From an uncultured Gammaproteobacteria bacterium (GTDB lineage Bacteria; Patescibacteriota; Microgenomatia; Daviesbacterales; UBA10151): a stretch of 64,000 nucleotides of DNA. The first letter of the stretch is position 1. Every line of letters starts with the position of its first letter. Positions 1 through 8,898 of this stretch are shown here, in pieces. The notes under the pieces were generated by a model. The model ran no database searches. It was not told the DNA's origin and saw nothing but the letters and a program-made list of their open reading frames with translations. Position numbers and translations under genes: made by a program. The stretch is from the NCBI GenBank assembly GCA_964393525.1, contig CAYMTV010000002.1, forward strand, positions 23,001 through 87,000, written 5' to 3'.

Positions 1-1970
1 CTTCGTCTGACCTCGTCAATATTGTGGTAGCCAAATTTCAGATTGTATTCTGGGTTTTGCAGTGCATACAACCACCTCATTACATCAACACCGGCTTTAT
101 CTGCCGCTTCGTTAAATTCTATAGCATTGCCTTTGGACTTGTGCATCTCTTCACCCTTTTCATCAACCACATTGGCAAAACCCAAGAGGTTTTTAAAAGG
201 ATAGGTCCGTTTAAGAGCAGTACTCATGGCAATCAGGGAATAAAACCAGTTTTTAAACTGACCGGGAAATCCTTCGGTTACAAAATCCGCCGGAAACCAA
301 CTAGCGGGCATAGTTGAAAAAGGGACAATTCCGGCATCAAGCCAAGGATTTCCAACATCAGGGATTCTGGAAACAATTTCGCCGCAATCCGGACATTTTA
401 TTTTTATCTGATCTATCCAGGGTCTGTGTGGAGAATTGCCTTCAAACTTATCCCAACCTAAAGTTGCTTGAGCCTTCAGCTCATCTTTCCCGCCTAAAAC
501 AGTAAACTTGCCGCATTTATCACATTCCCAGATTGGCAGCGCCAAGCCCCAAAATCTTTTTTTTGAGATCAGCCAGTCATGCATATTCTTAAGCCAGTCC
601 AGTTCCCGATCGTATCCCCATTTTGGCATCCAGTTAATATCTTTTACGACCTCAATCATCTGCTCCCTGTATGTTTTGCCGGAATCATCTTTAATATCCA
701 TTGCAATATACCACTCATCAACAACTCTCCAAACAAGCTCGGTTTTGCACCTCCAGCAGGTTGGATACCTGTGGGTATAATCTTCTGCTTTAAATAAAAA
801 TCCGTGCTTTTCCAAATACTCAATGATTGGTTCTCTTGCCTGCGTCACATTAAGCCCAGTTAGGAAATCAAAACCTTCTTCGTAAATTGCCTCTTCATTA
901 ATGGGTGCTACAACCGGAAGGTTATCTCTTTTGCCCAATGCAAAATCCTCTGTTCCCCCGCCGGTTGCAATATGTACTAAACCCGTACCTTCCTCGGTAG
1001 AAATGGGTAAAGTTAAAGGATCATTGGTAATTACCCTGTGGGTATAATTTTTAAATGCCTCTTTTACTGCGGGAAGATCATCAAACGGCCCGTCATAGGA
1101 AAGACCAATAAGCTCCTTACCTTTGTAGGTCTTAACAACTTTGCCGGAAACTAAATCTTTTTTCTCAAAAACTACCATATACTTATCACCTTCTGATTCC
1201 ACTTCGACATACTTAAAGTTTGGATCGACAGCAACGGCAACATTTGCCGGGATTGTCCAGGGGGTTGTGGTCCAAACCAGAAGATAAGTATCCTTTTTTC
1301 CCTTTACAGGAAGTTTAAAATAAACAGATTTATGGGTTAATTCTTGATATTCTTCAGTCAAAATCTCATGTTGGGAGATGGCTGTACCACAGCGCGGACA
1401 CCAAGGCACAGAATCTCTTCCTTTATATAACCAGCCTTTTTGATGGACGGTTTTTAGATATTTCCATATCCAGTAGTTATTTTCCTCTGAAGAAGTATGA
1501 TAAGAATTATCCCAGTCCATAAAGTAACCAAGTCTTTTTGATTGTTCTGTCTGAATGCCAGAGAATTTTTTTACCCTTTCCTTGCAGAGGTTAATAAATT
1601 TTTCCAAAGAGGCAAATTTATCGCCGGGGACCAGATTCTCAATATCTTTTTTGGTTTTTAAACCCAGCTCTTTTTCGACTTCTACTTCAACCCAGAGACC
1701 CTGTTCGTCAAAACCGTTCTGAAAACGCTGCCTAAACCCGCGCATATTATAAAAACGCTGGAAGACATCCTTGTAGGTTCTACCCCAGGCATGGTGCACA
1801 CCCATGGGGTTATTGGCGGTAATTGGTCCGTCCAAAAAGGAGAATTTATGGTCAGAATCCTGGTTTTTTTCTAAGTACTTCTCAACAATACCCTCCTTGT
1901 ACCAATAATCCAAAAGCTCTATTTCAAGAGCCGGGAAATCCACAGTTGATGAAACGGGCTTAAAACTCAT
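1..1970 (-). CDS. ileS: Isoleucine--tRNA ligase, type 2 (IleRS2); 3' end runs off the window
   Basis: Manual translation from ATG at 1970 gives MSFKPVSSTVDFPALE...FSFLDGPITANNPMGVHHAWGRTYKD...WTTTPWTIP...WFPADFVTEGFPGQFKNWFYS...GEEMHKSKGN. Not in the ORF track because its stop lies outside the window. Confidence 0.95.
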   Translation of the reverse strand, partial: MSFKPVSSTVDFPALEIELLDYWYKEGIVEKYLEKNQDSDHKFSFLDGPITANNPMGVHHAWGRTYKDVFQRFYNMRGFRQRFQNGFDEQGLWVEVEVEKELGLKTKKDIENLVPGDKFASLEKFINLCKERVKKFSGIQTEQSKRLGYFMDWDNSYHTSSEENNYWIWKYLKTVHQKGWLYKGRDSVPWCPRCGTAISQHEILTEEYQELTHKSVYFKLPVKGKKDTYLLVWTTTPWTIPANVAVAVDPNFKYVEVESEGDKYMVVFEKKDLVSGKVVKTYKGKELIGLSYDGPFDDLPAVKEAFKNYTHRVITNDPLTLPISTEEGTGLVHIATGGGTEDFALGKRDNLPVVAPINEEAIYEEGFDFLTGLNVTQAREPIIEYLEKHGFLFKAEDYTHRYPTCWRCKTELVWRVVDEWYIAMDIKDDSGKTYREQMIEVVKDINWMPKWGYDRELDWLKNMHDWLISKKRFWGLALPIWECDKCGKFTVLGGKDELKAQATLGWDKFEGNSPHRPWIDQIKIKCPDCGEIVSRIPDVGNPWLDAGIVPFSTMPASWFPADFVTEGFPGQFKNWFYSLIAMSTALKRTYPFKNLLGFANVVDEKGEEMHKSKGNAIEFNEAADKAGVDVMRWLYALQNPEYNLKFGYHNIDEVRR

Positions 1971-1977
1971 GAGATGT

Positions 1978-2006
1978 ATTGTAGAGGAATTATTTTAGTT
2001 GTTCAA
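1978..2006 (-). promoter_or_regulatory. sigma70-type promoter for ileS, probably leaderless
   Basis: Minus strand TTGAAC-17 nt-TACAAT, then 7 nt to the ATG. No SD sequence. Confidence 0.6.
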
Positions 2007-2074
2007 TATCAGGCTCTAGGTGAGTTGGTCGGGGATTGGCTATCAAGTCGTTCCATTTCTGCTATCTGCCATAT

Positions 2075-3271
2075 TTATCCTGCGGTTTTGCGAAGAAAGG
2101 CGGGGATCTCTAAATCATCAAAAGGTTCATCCGGCTCTTCGGGTCGTTCTGATATTCTTTTCTCTTCAGTTTCATCAGCAGAAGATGCTTGGGTGGTTGT
2201 AGCAGTTTGCGCAGGAAAAGACGGGTTTTGGGTAATTCCGGACATTATTGGATTTAAGGTTGCAGCACCCATTTGGTTGATTCGGTTAATCCCTGCATAC
2301 TCCCTGAGTCTTTCCCGGGTTTCATCAAACCCTGTGGCAATAACTGAGACTTTAACCATATCTACCAAGTCTTCTTTGATAGTTGCACCAAAGATGATAT
2401 TTGCATCAGGCTCAGCGGCTTGAGCGATAATTTGGGCCGCATCATTAACCTCGCTCATTGAAAGATCCGGACCACCTACAATATTGAACAAAATTCCCTT
2501 AGCTCCTTCAATTGAGATCTCAAGCAACGGTGAAGCAATAGCCATCCTGGCCGCTGTAGCAGCCCTATTTTCTCCTCCAGCCTGACCAATCCCCATCAAA
2601 GCCGAACCCGCATTGCTCATAATGGCTCTAACATCCGCAAAGTCTACGTTAATTAACCCAGGCATAGTAATTAGATCTGAGATTCCCTGGACTCCCTGAC
2701 CCAACACAGAATCTGCCAGCTTAAATGCTTCCTGTAAGGTCATGTTTTTATCAACTACCTCAAGTAACCTCTGGTTTGGAATAACAATTAACGCATCAAC
2801 CTTGTCCTTCAGCCTTTCTATACCTTCTTCGGCCACCAACATTCTTCTTGAGCCCTCAAACATGAAAGGTTTTGTGACAACAGCAACGGTTAAGGCTCCA
2901 AGCTGCTTGGCAACGGTTGCTGCGATGGGCGCGGAACCGGTACCCGTCCCCCCGCCCATTCCGGCAGTAATAAAAACCATGTCCGCATCTTGTAGAACAT
3001 CCTGAAGTTTTTGGGTTGATTCCTCAGCAGCCGCCTGACCGATCTCCCAATTCCCCCCTGAACCTAAACCTTTGGTCAAAGATTCACCTATTTGAACTTT
3101 AGTTGGAGCGGGATTCCCGAGCAATGCCTGGGCATCGGTGTTAACTGAAACAAAATCTACACCTTGGATCTGCTGAAGAGAAATCATTGAAGAAATCGCG
3201 TTTCCACCGCCACCTCCAAGGCCTAGAACCTTAATCTTAGCGAAGCGTTGGACATCTGGTTTAATTAACAT
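2075..3271 (-). CDS. ftsZ: Cell division protein FtsZ
   Basis: GGGGGNA, tubulin signature GMGGGTGTG, INVDFADV, C-terminal DLEIPAFLRK. Confidence 0.99.
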   Translation of the reverse strand: MLIKPDVQRFAKIKVLGLGGGGGNAISSMISLQQIQGVDFVSVNTDAQALLGNPAPTKVQIGESLTKGLGSGGNWEIGQAAAEESTQKLQDVLQDADMVFITAGMGGGTGTGSAPIAATVAKQLGALTVAVVTKPFMFEGSRRMLVAEEGIERLKDKVDALIVIPNQRLLEVVDKNMTLQEAFKLADSVLGQGVQGISDLITMPGLINVDFADVRAIMSNAGSALMGIGQAGGENRAATAARMAIASPLLEISIEGAKGILFNIVGGPDLSMSEVNDAAQIIAQAAEPDANIIFGATIKEDLVDMVKVSVIATGFDETRERLREYAGINRINQMGAATLNPIMSGITQNPSFPAQTATTTQASSADETEEKRISERPEEPDEPFDDLEIPAFLRKTAG

Positions 3272-3298
3272 TTTGGATTAGGAGAATAGTTTGGGGGC

Positions 3299-3328
3299 AG
3301 TGTAGCACACCGTTTATTTAAGCGTCAA
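3299..3328 (-). promoter_or_regulatory. Internal promoter for ftsZ
   Basis: Minus strand TTGACG-18 nt-TACACT with extended -10 (TGcTACACT). Confidence 0.55.
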
Positions 3329-3340
3329 TATAGCTCAAAA

Positions 3341-4633
3341 TTATGGGAGAAATGATTTGATCAGATCGGCCACTTTTTGAGTCACTGCTTTTAAAGGTAA
3401 CCCTTTCCCTAAAACCGGTAAACTCATTTCCGAACTTCCTGCCGATTTTGCGCCGTATAAAATCAGGCCGGCTGCAGTAGCAAAGACAGGAGAATCTATT
3501 TCATCAATTAGACCAAATAAACCATCTGTCTTGCCTATTCTCGAGGGAAACCCTAAAACAAACTTTGACTGTTCTAAAACTCCCACAGTTAGAGCTCCAC
3601 CACCGCAAAGAACCAGCCCCGAAGGAGTTTGGGTTCCAAATCCACTTTTTTTGATTTCTTTTCCGACATATTTAAAAATCTCCTGAATTCGCGGCCGGAT
3701 AATTCCGTCCACAACCGCTTTTCTTGAAACCTTTACATCATCTGGAATTCCTAGTGCGTTTAGGTCCAGTATATCTTCCTCTTTCTTTTTTTTCTCATCC
3801 AGCTTAAGAGGTTCCCTATCTTGAGGCATTGCCAAAACTTTTGGTTTTTCACCTAACTTTTGCTTAATAATCTCCGCCGACTCTAAAGAGACCCGTAGGC
3901 CGACTGCTATGTCTGAAGTTACATGCCGACCTCCCAAAGGAATAACCGAAGAATAAGCAATCGCTCCGTCAACAAAAATCACCACATCAGTTGTTTCACC
4001 ACCTATATCCACAAGGATCACTCCAAGCTCTTTCTCTGTCTCGGTTAAAACCGCCTGTGAAGAAGCAATCCCTGAAAAGACCAGTTCTTCAACATCAACT
4101 CCAACCATACCAACACATTTGGCCAGATTTCTCATTGAGGTTGTGGGACCGGTTACAATGTGGGTATCGGTTTCAAGCCTAACTCCGGTCATACCTATCG
4201 GGTCGGATATGCCCTCCTGGCCATCAACAGTAAAAGTTCTCGGGACAACATGGATAATCTCTCTTGAAGCTGGCAATGCAATTGCCCTGGCTGCTTCATT
4301 GACTCTTAAAACGTCATTTTCTTTTATTTCTCCACCCGGATGTGCAACAGCCACCACTGCATGTTGATTAATGCTTTCTATTTGTGGACCACCTACCGAA
4401 ACAAAGGCCGAAGATATGGAATAACCTGCCATTCTTTCGGCACTATCAACGCTGTCGGTTATGGCCTGAACTGCTGCCTCTATATCTACAATTTGACCTT
4501 TTTTTACACCCTTAGATGATGTTGCTGAAACACCAATCAGGTTTATCCTGTCTTCCTCACTTAAACTACCAATAAGTGTCGCTATTTTTGATGATCCAAC
4601 ATCAATTCCGCAAATAATTTTGTCCTTAGCCAT
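3341..4633 (-). CDS. ftsA: Cell division protein FtsA
   Basis: GIDVGSSKI, VDIGGETT, VLCGGGA actin-fold motifs and a C-terminal amphipathic helix. Lies upstream of ftsZ. Confidence 0.98.
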   Translation of the reverse strand: MAKDKIICGIDVGSSKIATLIGSLSEEDRINLIGVSATSSKGVKKGQIVDIEAAVQAITDSVDSAERMAGYSISSAFVSVGGPQIESINQHAVVAVAHPGGEIKENDVLRVNEAARAIALPASREIIHVVPRTFTVDGQEGISDPIGMTGVRLETDTHIVTGPTTSMRNLAKCVGMVGVDVEELVFSGIASSQAVLTETEKELGVILVDIGGETTDVVIFVDGAIAYSSVIPLGGRHVTSDIAVGLRVSLESAEIIKQKLGEKPKVLAMPQDREPLKLDEKKKKEEDILDLNALGIPDDVKVSRKAVVDGIIRPRIQEIFKYVGKEIKKSGFGTQTPSGLVLCGGGALTVGVLEQSKFVLGFPSRIGKTDGLFGLIDEIDSPVFATAAGLILYGAKSAGSSEMSLPVLGKGLPLKAVTQKVADLIKSFLP

Positions 4634-4639
4634 ATATTT

Positions 4640-4710
4640 TGGGCTTTTCTGTCAAACCTGAATCTAGTATGGAGTCACGTTACCGAAAAGCCCATTACAT
4701 AACGCGATCT
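4640..4710 (-). ncRNA. Candidate cis-regulatory H-type pseudoknot in the ftsA 5' leader
   Basis: P1 is GAUCGCGUUAU/GUAACGUGA(C)UC, with G-U pairs only on the mRNA strand. P2 is UGGGCUUUUC/GAAAAGCCCA, a perfect 10 bp ending 6 nt before the AUG. Confidence 0.45.
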
Positions 4711-4768
4711 ATTAATTGAGTTAAATTTTTTAAGAGTTTCAAGTTGCTTGTATCTAAATTCTTCATTC

Positions 4769-5593
4769 TCAATTCTTTTTCTTGGGGGAGTAAATTACAA
4801 CCGGCTTATCAAAACGTAAGTCGATAAATTCTATCGGCTTTAAATCTATTGTAGCTTTTTGCAAGATTAGTTGTAAAGAGGCTAGTTGGCGGTTTATCTC
4901 TTTAGAAAGCGACAAAACCACATTTTGCTCACCACTAACAAAAAGCATGTCTTCTTTAACTGTTAATGTATTAAATGAAAAGTTTATACTTTTGATTATT
5001 GTTAAAGTTTTGGGGATAATCGAGTTTTCTATTATAAAAGCCTGCTTGCCAAAATTTACCAAATAAACTCTCGGAAGTCCTGCAAATTCAGAGAGCTCAT
5101 TTCCTAAAGATGAGATGATGAATCCGCTTTTATCTACCAAAACGCGACCGCTTTCCGTTGCAATTTCAATATCGAAACGGAAAAGTCCGGCTGTTGAACT
5201 GGCAGCAGAAGCTTCCGGTAAGTCAAGCTCAAGTTTTTTTTCTTTTTCAGTTGCAAATGTAACAATCATCTCAGGAACTCTTTCGTGCAAAGAAATCTCA
5301 AGCTTATCCGGGTAGATTTTTTTGATAGTTAAATTGTCCAAGCAAGAAAATTTTTGTTTGACTTTGGAAATTATTATTGATTCATCAATTAAAATTATAT
5401 TTTTACCCTTAAGATCCAAAAAGCCTTCAATAGAATTAGTGTTTGTACAACGTTTGAGATCACTTTTGAATCTAACCTCACTTACCTTTAACAAGTTTGT
5501 GTTAAAAAAAACAAAAAGTCCGAGAATAAAAAATACAAAAAACAAAAAGTATATTAAAGGCTTATTTGTTAATTTCCTTCTAAGATTTGGCAT
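4769..5593 (-). CDS. ftsQ: FtsQ/DivIB-like POTRA-domain cell division protein
   Basis: N-terminal TM, KIYPDKLEI..ERVP POTRA end, C-terminal IDLRFDKPVV. Lies between murG and ftsA. Confidence 0.8.
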   Translation of the reverse strand: MPNLRRKLTNKPLIYFLFFVFFILGLFVFFNTNLLKVSEVRFKSDLKRCTNTNSIEGFLDLKGKNIILIDESIIISKVKQKFSCLDNLTIKKIYPDKLEISLHERVPEMIVTFATEKEKKLELDLPEASAASSTAGLFRFDIEIATESGRVLVDKSGFIISSLGNELSEFAGLPRVYLVNFGKQAFIIENSIIPKTLTIIKSINFSFNTLTVKEDMLFVSGEQNVVLSLSKEINRQLASLQLILQKATIDLKPIEFIDLRFDKPVVIYSPKKKN

Positions 5594-6719
5594 AATTTTC
5601 GGAAGTTGTTAGAACAAGCTGGGCAATTCTTTTAGACGCATCCGGGATAACCAATTCTTTTGCAAGTTTGGCCTTTTCTATAAAACTATCAATCTCTTTT
5701 AACATTTCATAAACTGCTTTCAGAATGTGATCTGGATTGACCTTTTCTTGAGGTAGCACCCTGCATAGTCCTTTCTGGCTGAAAAACCTAGCATTTATTT
5801 CCTGCTCATTTCTAAACAAAAAAGGCAGAGGTATTACCAAAGACGGAATTCCAAAATACGCCAGCTCATAAAGAGTATTAATACCTGCTCTGGATATAAC
5901 AAGGCTAACATTTTTAAATATTACGGACATGTCCTTTGAATCAAACCATTTACTGACAAAGTATCTTTCTTTTTTTAAAAGTGAGCTCTTTTTCTCTAAA
6001 AGCTTTTCAAAGAAATTTTGTTTGGAATCGCCTGTTTGGTGTATCACAAAAAATTTATTTGTTAGTTCTTCCAGGATTGATTTAACACTTTTATTGACCA
6101 TATCCGAACCCTGATTTCCACCAGTGATATACAAAATCGGAAGCTTTTGATTTTTTGCTTGTTTAATAAATTCGGTTAATTCTTTTGACAAAGCAATATT
6201 AGGATTTAAAAGGTCTTTTCTAATCGGATTGCCAGTTAATATAAATTTGTAAGTGTCGAGCGGCTTTTCACTTTCAAAAGTAATAGCCACTTTATCTGCA
6301 AAAAAACGACCAATTGAATCTGCCAAACCCGTAATTAAAGTTTGTTCATGGGTAATAATTGGGATGGATAAGATCCAACCGCAAAGTACAACCGGGACAC
6401 TAACATATCCTCCAAAAGAGATAATTATATCCGGTTTTTCTTTTAATAAAATGAAAAAAGATTGCACAAAACCTATCGGAATTCTTAAAAGCGACAAAAT
6501 AGTATAAAAATCCCAAACCCTTCTCAGTCTTCCGGCAATAATCGGAATAAATTTGACTCCAAGTTTTGGGAGCACCTGTGATTCAACAGAAATTGACGGA
6601 TCACCTTCCTGGGTGTACTTTCTTCCAACATAAACAATTTGGATACCAGAAAATTTCTTTAGTTCCTCAATAACTGCCTGTGCCGGAGTAAAATGTGCCC
6701 CGGTAAATATTACCTTCAT
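5580..6719 (-). CDS. murG: Lipid II GlcNAc transferase MurG
   Basis: TGAHFTPA, SFGGYVSVP, HEQT, TGNPIR, GGNQGS, SRAGINT, EQEINA. Confidence 0.95.
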   Translation of the reverse strand: MKVIFTGAHFTPAQAVIEELKKFSGIQIVYVGRKYTQEGDPSISVESQVLPKLGVKFIPIIAGRLRRVWDFYTILSLLRIPIGFVQSFFILLKEKPDIIISFGGYVSVPVVLCGWILSIPIITHEQTLITGLADSIGRFFADKVAITFESEKPLDTYKFILTGNPIRKDLLNPNIALSKELTEFIKQAKNQKLPILYITGGNQGSDMVNKSVKSILEELTNKFFVIHQTGDSKQNFFEKLLEKKSSLLKKERYFVSKWFDSKDMSVIFKNVSLVISRAGINTLYELAYFGIPSLVIPLPFLFRNEQEINARFFSQKGLCRVLPQEKVNPDHILKAVYEMLKEIDSFIEKAKLAKELVIPDASKRIAQLVLTTSENYAKS

Positions 6720-6744
6720 TATTAAAGTATATCAAAGTCAAACT

Positions 6745-7866
6745 TCAAGGGGCCTTTGCAGATTTTGAGATATTGAATAAAATACCTATTGCCACAAGAT
6801 TTGAAAGTAGAGCCGAACCGCCATAAGAAATAAATGGCAAGGGAACCCCGGTAAGAGGGATTAAAGCTACCATTGCTCCCAAGTTGATTGAAGACTGAAT
6901 TGCCAACCAAAAAGTAATACCAAAGGCCAGCAGTTTCCCAAAATTATCTTCGGCGTTTATTGCTATATAAAAACCGCGGTAAATAATAAAAGCTATCAAT
7001 CCAATCAGGATTAAGCTGCCTATAAAACCAAACTCCTCCCCAACGATTGCAAATATGGAGTCAGTTGTAACTTCGGGGATATATTCAAATTTCTGCCTGG
7101 ATTGACCCAATCCCAACCCAAAGATTCCGCCGCTTCCGATTGCCATAAGAACTTGAGAAATATGGTAGGAGAACCCCTGAGGGTCTGCAAAGGGATCCAA
7201 AAACGCCAATATTCTTTGTTTTCTGTAGGATGATGAAATTACAAAAAGCCAAAAACCGATGAAAGACATGGGTATAAGGGCAATAAAGTAAAATACATTT
7301 GCCCCAGCTACCAAAAACATTGCCAGCGATGTCAGGAAAAACACAATAGTAGTACCTAAATCCTTCTGAAATAACCCTATTATCAGTGAAATCAAAAAAA
7401 CAATTATTGCAAAAGGTAAAGGCCTAGCCCTTTTTTCAAACAAAGTTGCCAAAAAAATAATTGTCGTAAGTTTAATTATCTCGGCAGGTTGAATAGTCAG
7501 ATTGCCTATTTTCAACCACCGGTGGGCACCCCCGGCTGCAGTACCAAATCCGGGGATTAATACCGCAATTAAAAGCAATAAGGATAAAATAAAAATTACA
7601 AAAGCTATTTTCTTAAAGTTGTGGTAATTAAAAAAAGAAAAAAAAGTTAACCCGGTGAGTCCTAAAATAACCCAAATCAATTGCTGTTTAATATAAAAAT
7701 ACTTATCTCCAAAATCTTTATGAGCCTGGATGACTGATGCATCATAAACCATCATGAGTCCAAATCCAACTAAGAATAATATTCCCAAAAGAAGCGGGTA
7801 ATCTAATTTCTTTTCCTGAGTCTTAGTTGAAACCCGTGAGCCGGGTGGAACCTTCATTCTTCTCAT
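6745..7866 (-). CDS. ftsW: SEDS peptidoglycan polymerase FtsW
   Basis: GAHRW, IQPAE, DLGT, PEVTTDSIFAIVGEEFG, TGVPLPFISYGGS; dcw context. Confidence 0.95.
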   Translation of the reverse strand: MRRMKVPPGSRVSTKTQEKKLDYPLLLGILFLVGFGLMMVYDASVIQAHKDFGDKYFYIKQQLIWVILGLTGLTFFSFFNYHNFKKIAFVIFILSLLLLIAVLIPGFGTAAGGAHRWLKIGNLTIQPAEIIKLTTIIFLATLFEKRARPLPFAIIVFLISLIIGLFQKDLGTTIVFFLTSLAMFLVAGANVFYFIALIPMSFIGFWLFVISSSYRKQRILAFLDPFADPQGFSYHISQVLMAIGSGGIFGLGLGQSRQKFEYIPEVTTDSIFAIVGEEFGFIGSLILIGLIAFIIYRGFYIAINAEDNFGKLLAFGITFWLAIQSSINLGAMVALIPLTGVPLPFISYGGSALLSNLVAIGILFNISKSAKAP

Positions 7867-7890
7867 TAGAATTTAATGGTAGCAGAAAAA

Positions 7891-8898
7891 TTACTTGGAA
7901 AGGAGAGCCAGCCATAATCCTAAAATTGCGAAAATGCTGCCAGCCAACCAAAACCTCATTACAATTTTTGGTTCTTCCCATCCAATGTATTTAAAATACA
8001 TATGGATCGGTGCAACCTCAAACAACTTTTTTTTGAAAACCTTTTTCCAGAAAATCTGTAAGAAGGAGGAGGCAACAATTATAATATACATACCTCCAAT
8101 AATTCCCAAAGCAATGATTTTTCCGGTAAGTAACCCGACAACCGCTAAAGTTGCTCCAAAGGCAAACCCCCCGGCATCACCCAAAAAAATCCTCGCCGGA
8201 TAAATATTAAAATAGAGATAGGCAAACAGGGAACCTACCCAAATGCCGATAAAAGCGGCTAAATTTAAATCCAAATTCGTCGAAGCAAGAGCCAAAAGTG
8301 CAAACAGACAAATGGTTAAAAGACCAGTTGATAATCCATCTAAACCATCGGAGATATTATATGCATTAGAGAAAGCTACTATTAAAAAAGCTGCTAAGGG
8401 AATATACCAATAGCCTATGATCAGATTACCAATGCCGGATATATAAACATTGTTTAAACCGACAAAATAGTATAACATTGCTCCAATTAGCAGGGCAAAC
8501 AATATCTGAATAGCCAATATCGCTTTTCGGCCAAGACCCAGAAATTTTCCCCTTCTCTTAGTAAAAATCCATCTGATATCATCAACCAGTCCCAATCCTC
8601 CGAATGATAAAAGAGTAAATAGAAGTATTCCTAAATAAGTTGTGTCCGGAGTAACAGTAATTTTTGCATAAGCCATACTAAGTACCGTCAAAATAACTAT
8701 CAGTAAAATACCCCCTCCACTTGGGGTATTTTCATCTCCTTTCATCAAAGCATCATGAATTGGATTCTCGGATGATTTTTTTAAAGGACCTAACTTTTCA
8801 AATTTTCTTTTCAGATAAAAAAGTAAATCTATAAAGGGCACCATAAAAAATGAGGTGATAGCAAAAGATATTAAAACTAAACCTAGTAAATTTACCAT
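7891..8898 (-). CDS. mraY: Phospho-MurNAc-pentapeptide translocase MraY
   Basis: TPSGGG, GLVDD, NAYNISDGLDGL, FNIYPARIFLGDAG, APIH. Confidence 0.93.
   Translation of the reverse strand: MVNLLGLVLISFAITSFFMVPFIDLLFYLKRKFEKLGPLKKSSENPIHDALMKGDENTPSGGGILLIVILTVLSMAYAKITVTPDTTYLGILLFTLLSFGGLGLVDDIRWIFTKRRGKFLGLGRKAILAIQILFALLIGAMLYYFVGLNNVYISGIGNLIIGYWYIPLAAFLIVAFSNAYNISDGLDGLSTGLLTICLFALLALASTNLDLNLAAFIGIWVGSLFAYLYFNIYPARIFLGDAGGFAFGATLAVVGLLTGKIIALGIIGGMYIIIVASSFLQIFWKKVFKKKLFEVAPIHMYFKYIGWEEPKIVMRFWLAGSIFAILGLWLALLSK

Noticed and set aside
24-797. Four short plus-strand ORFs in the track
   Set aside because: They are antisense shadows of ileS, which covers 1-1970 on the minus strand.
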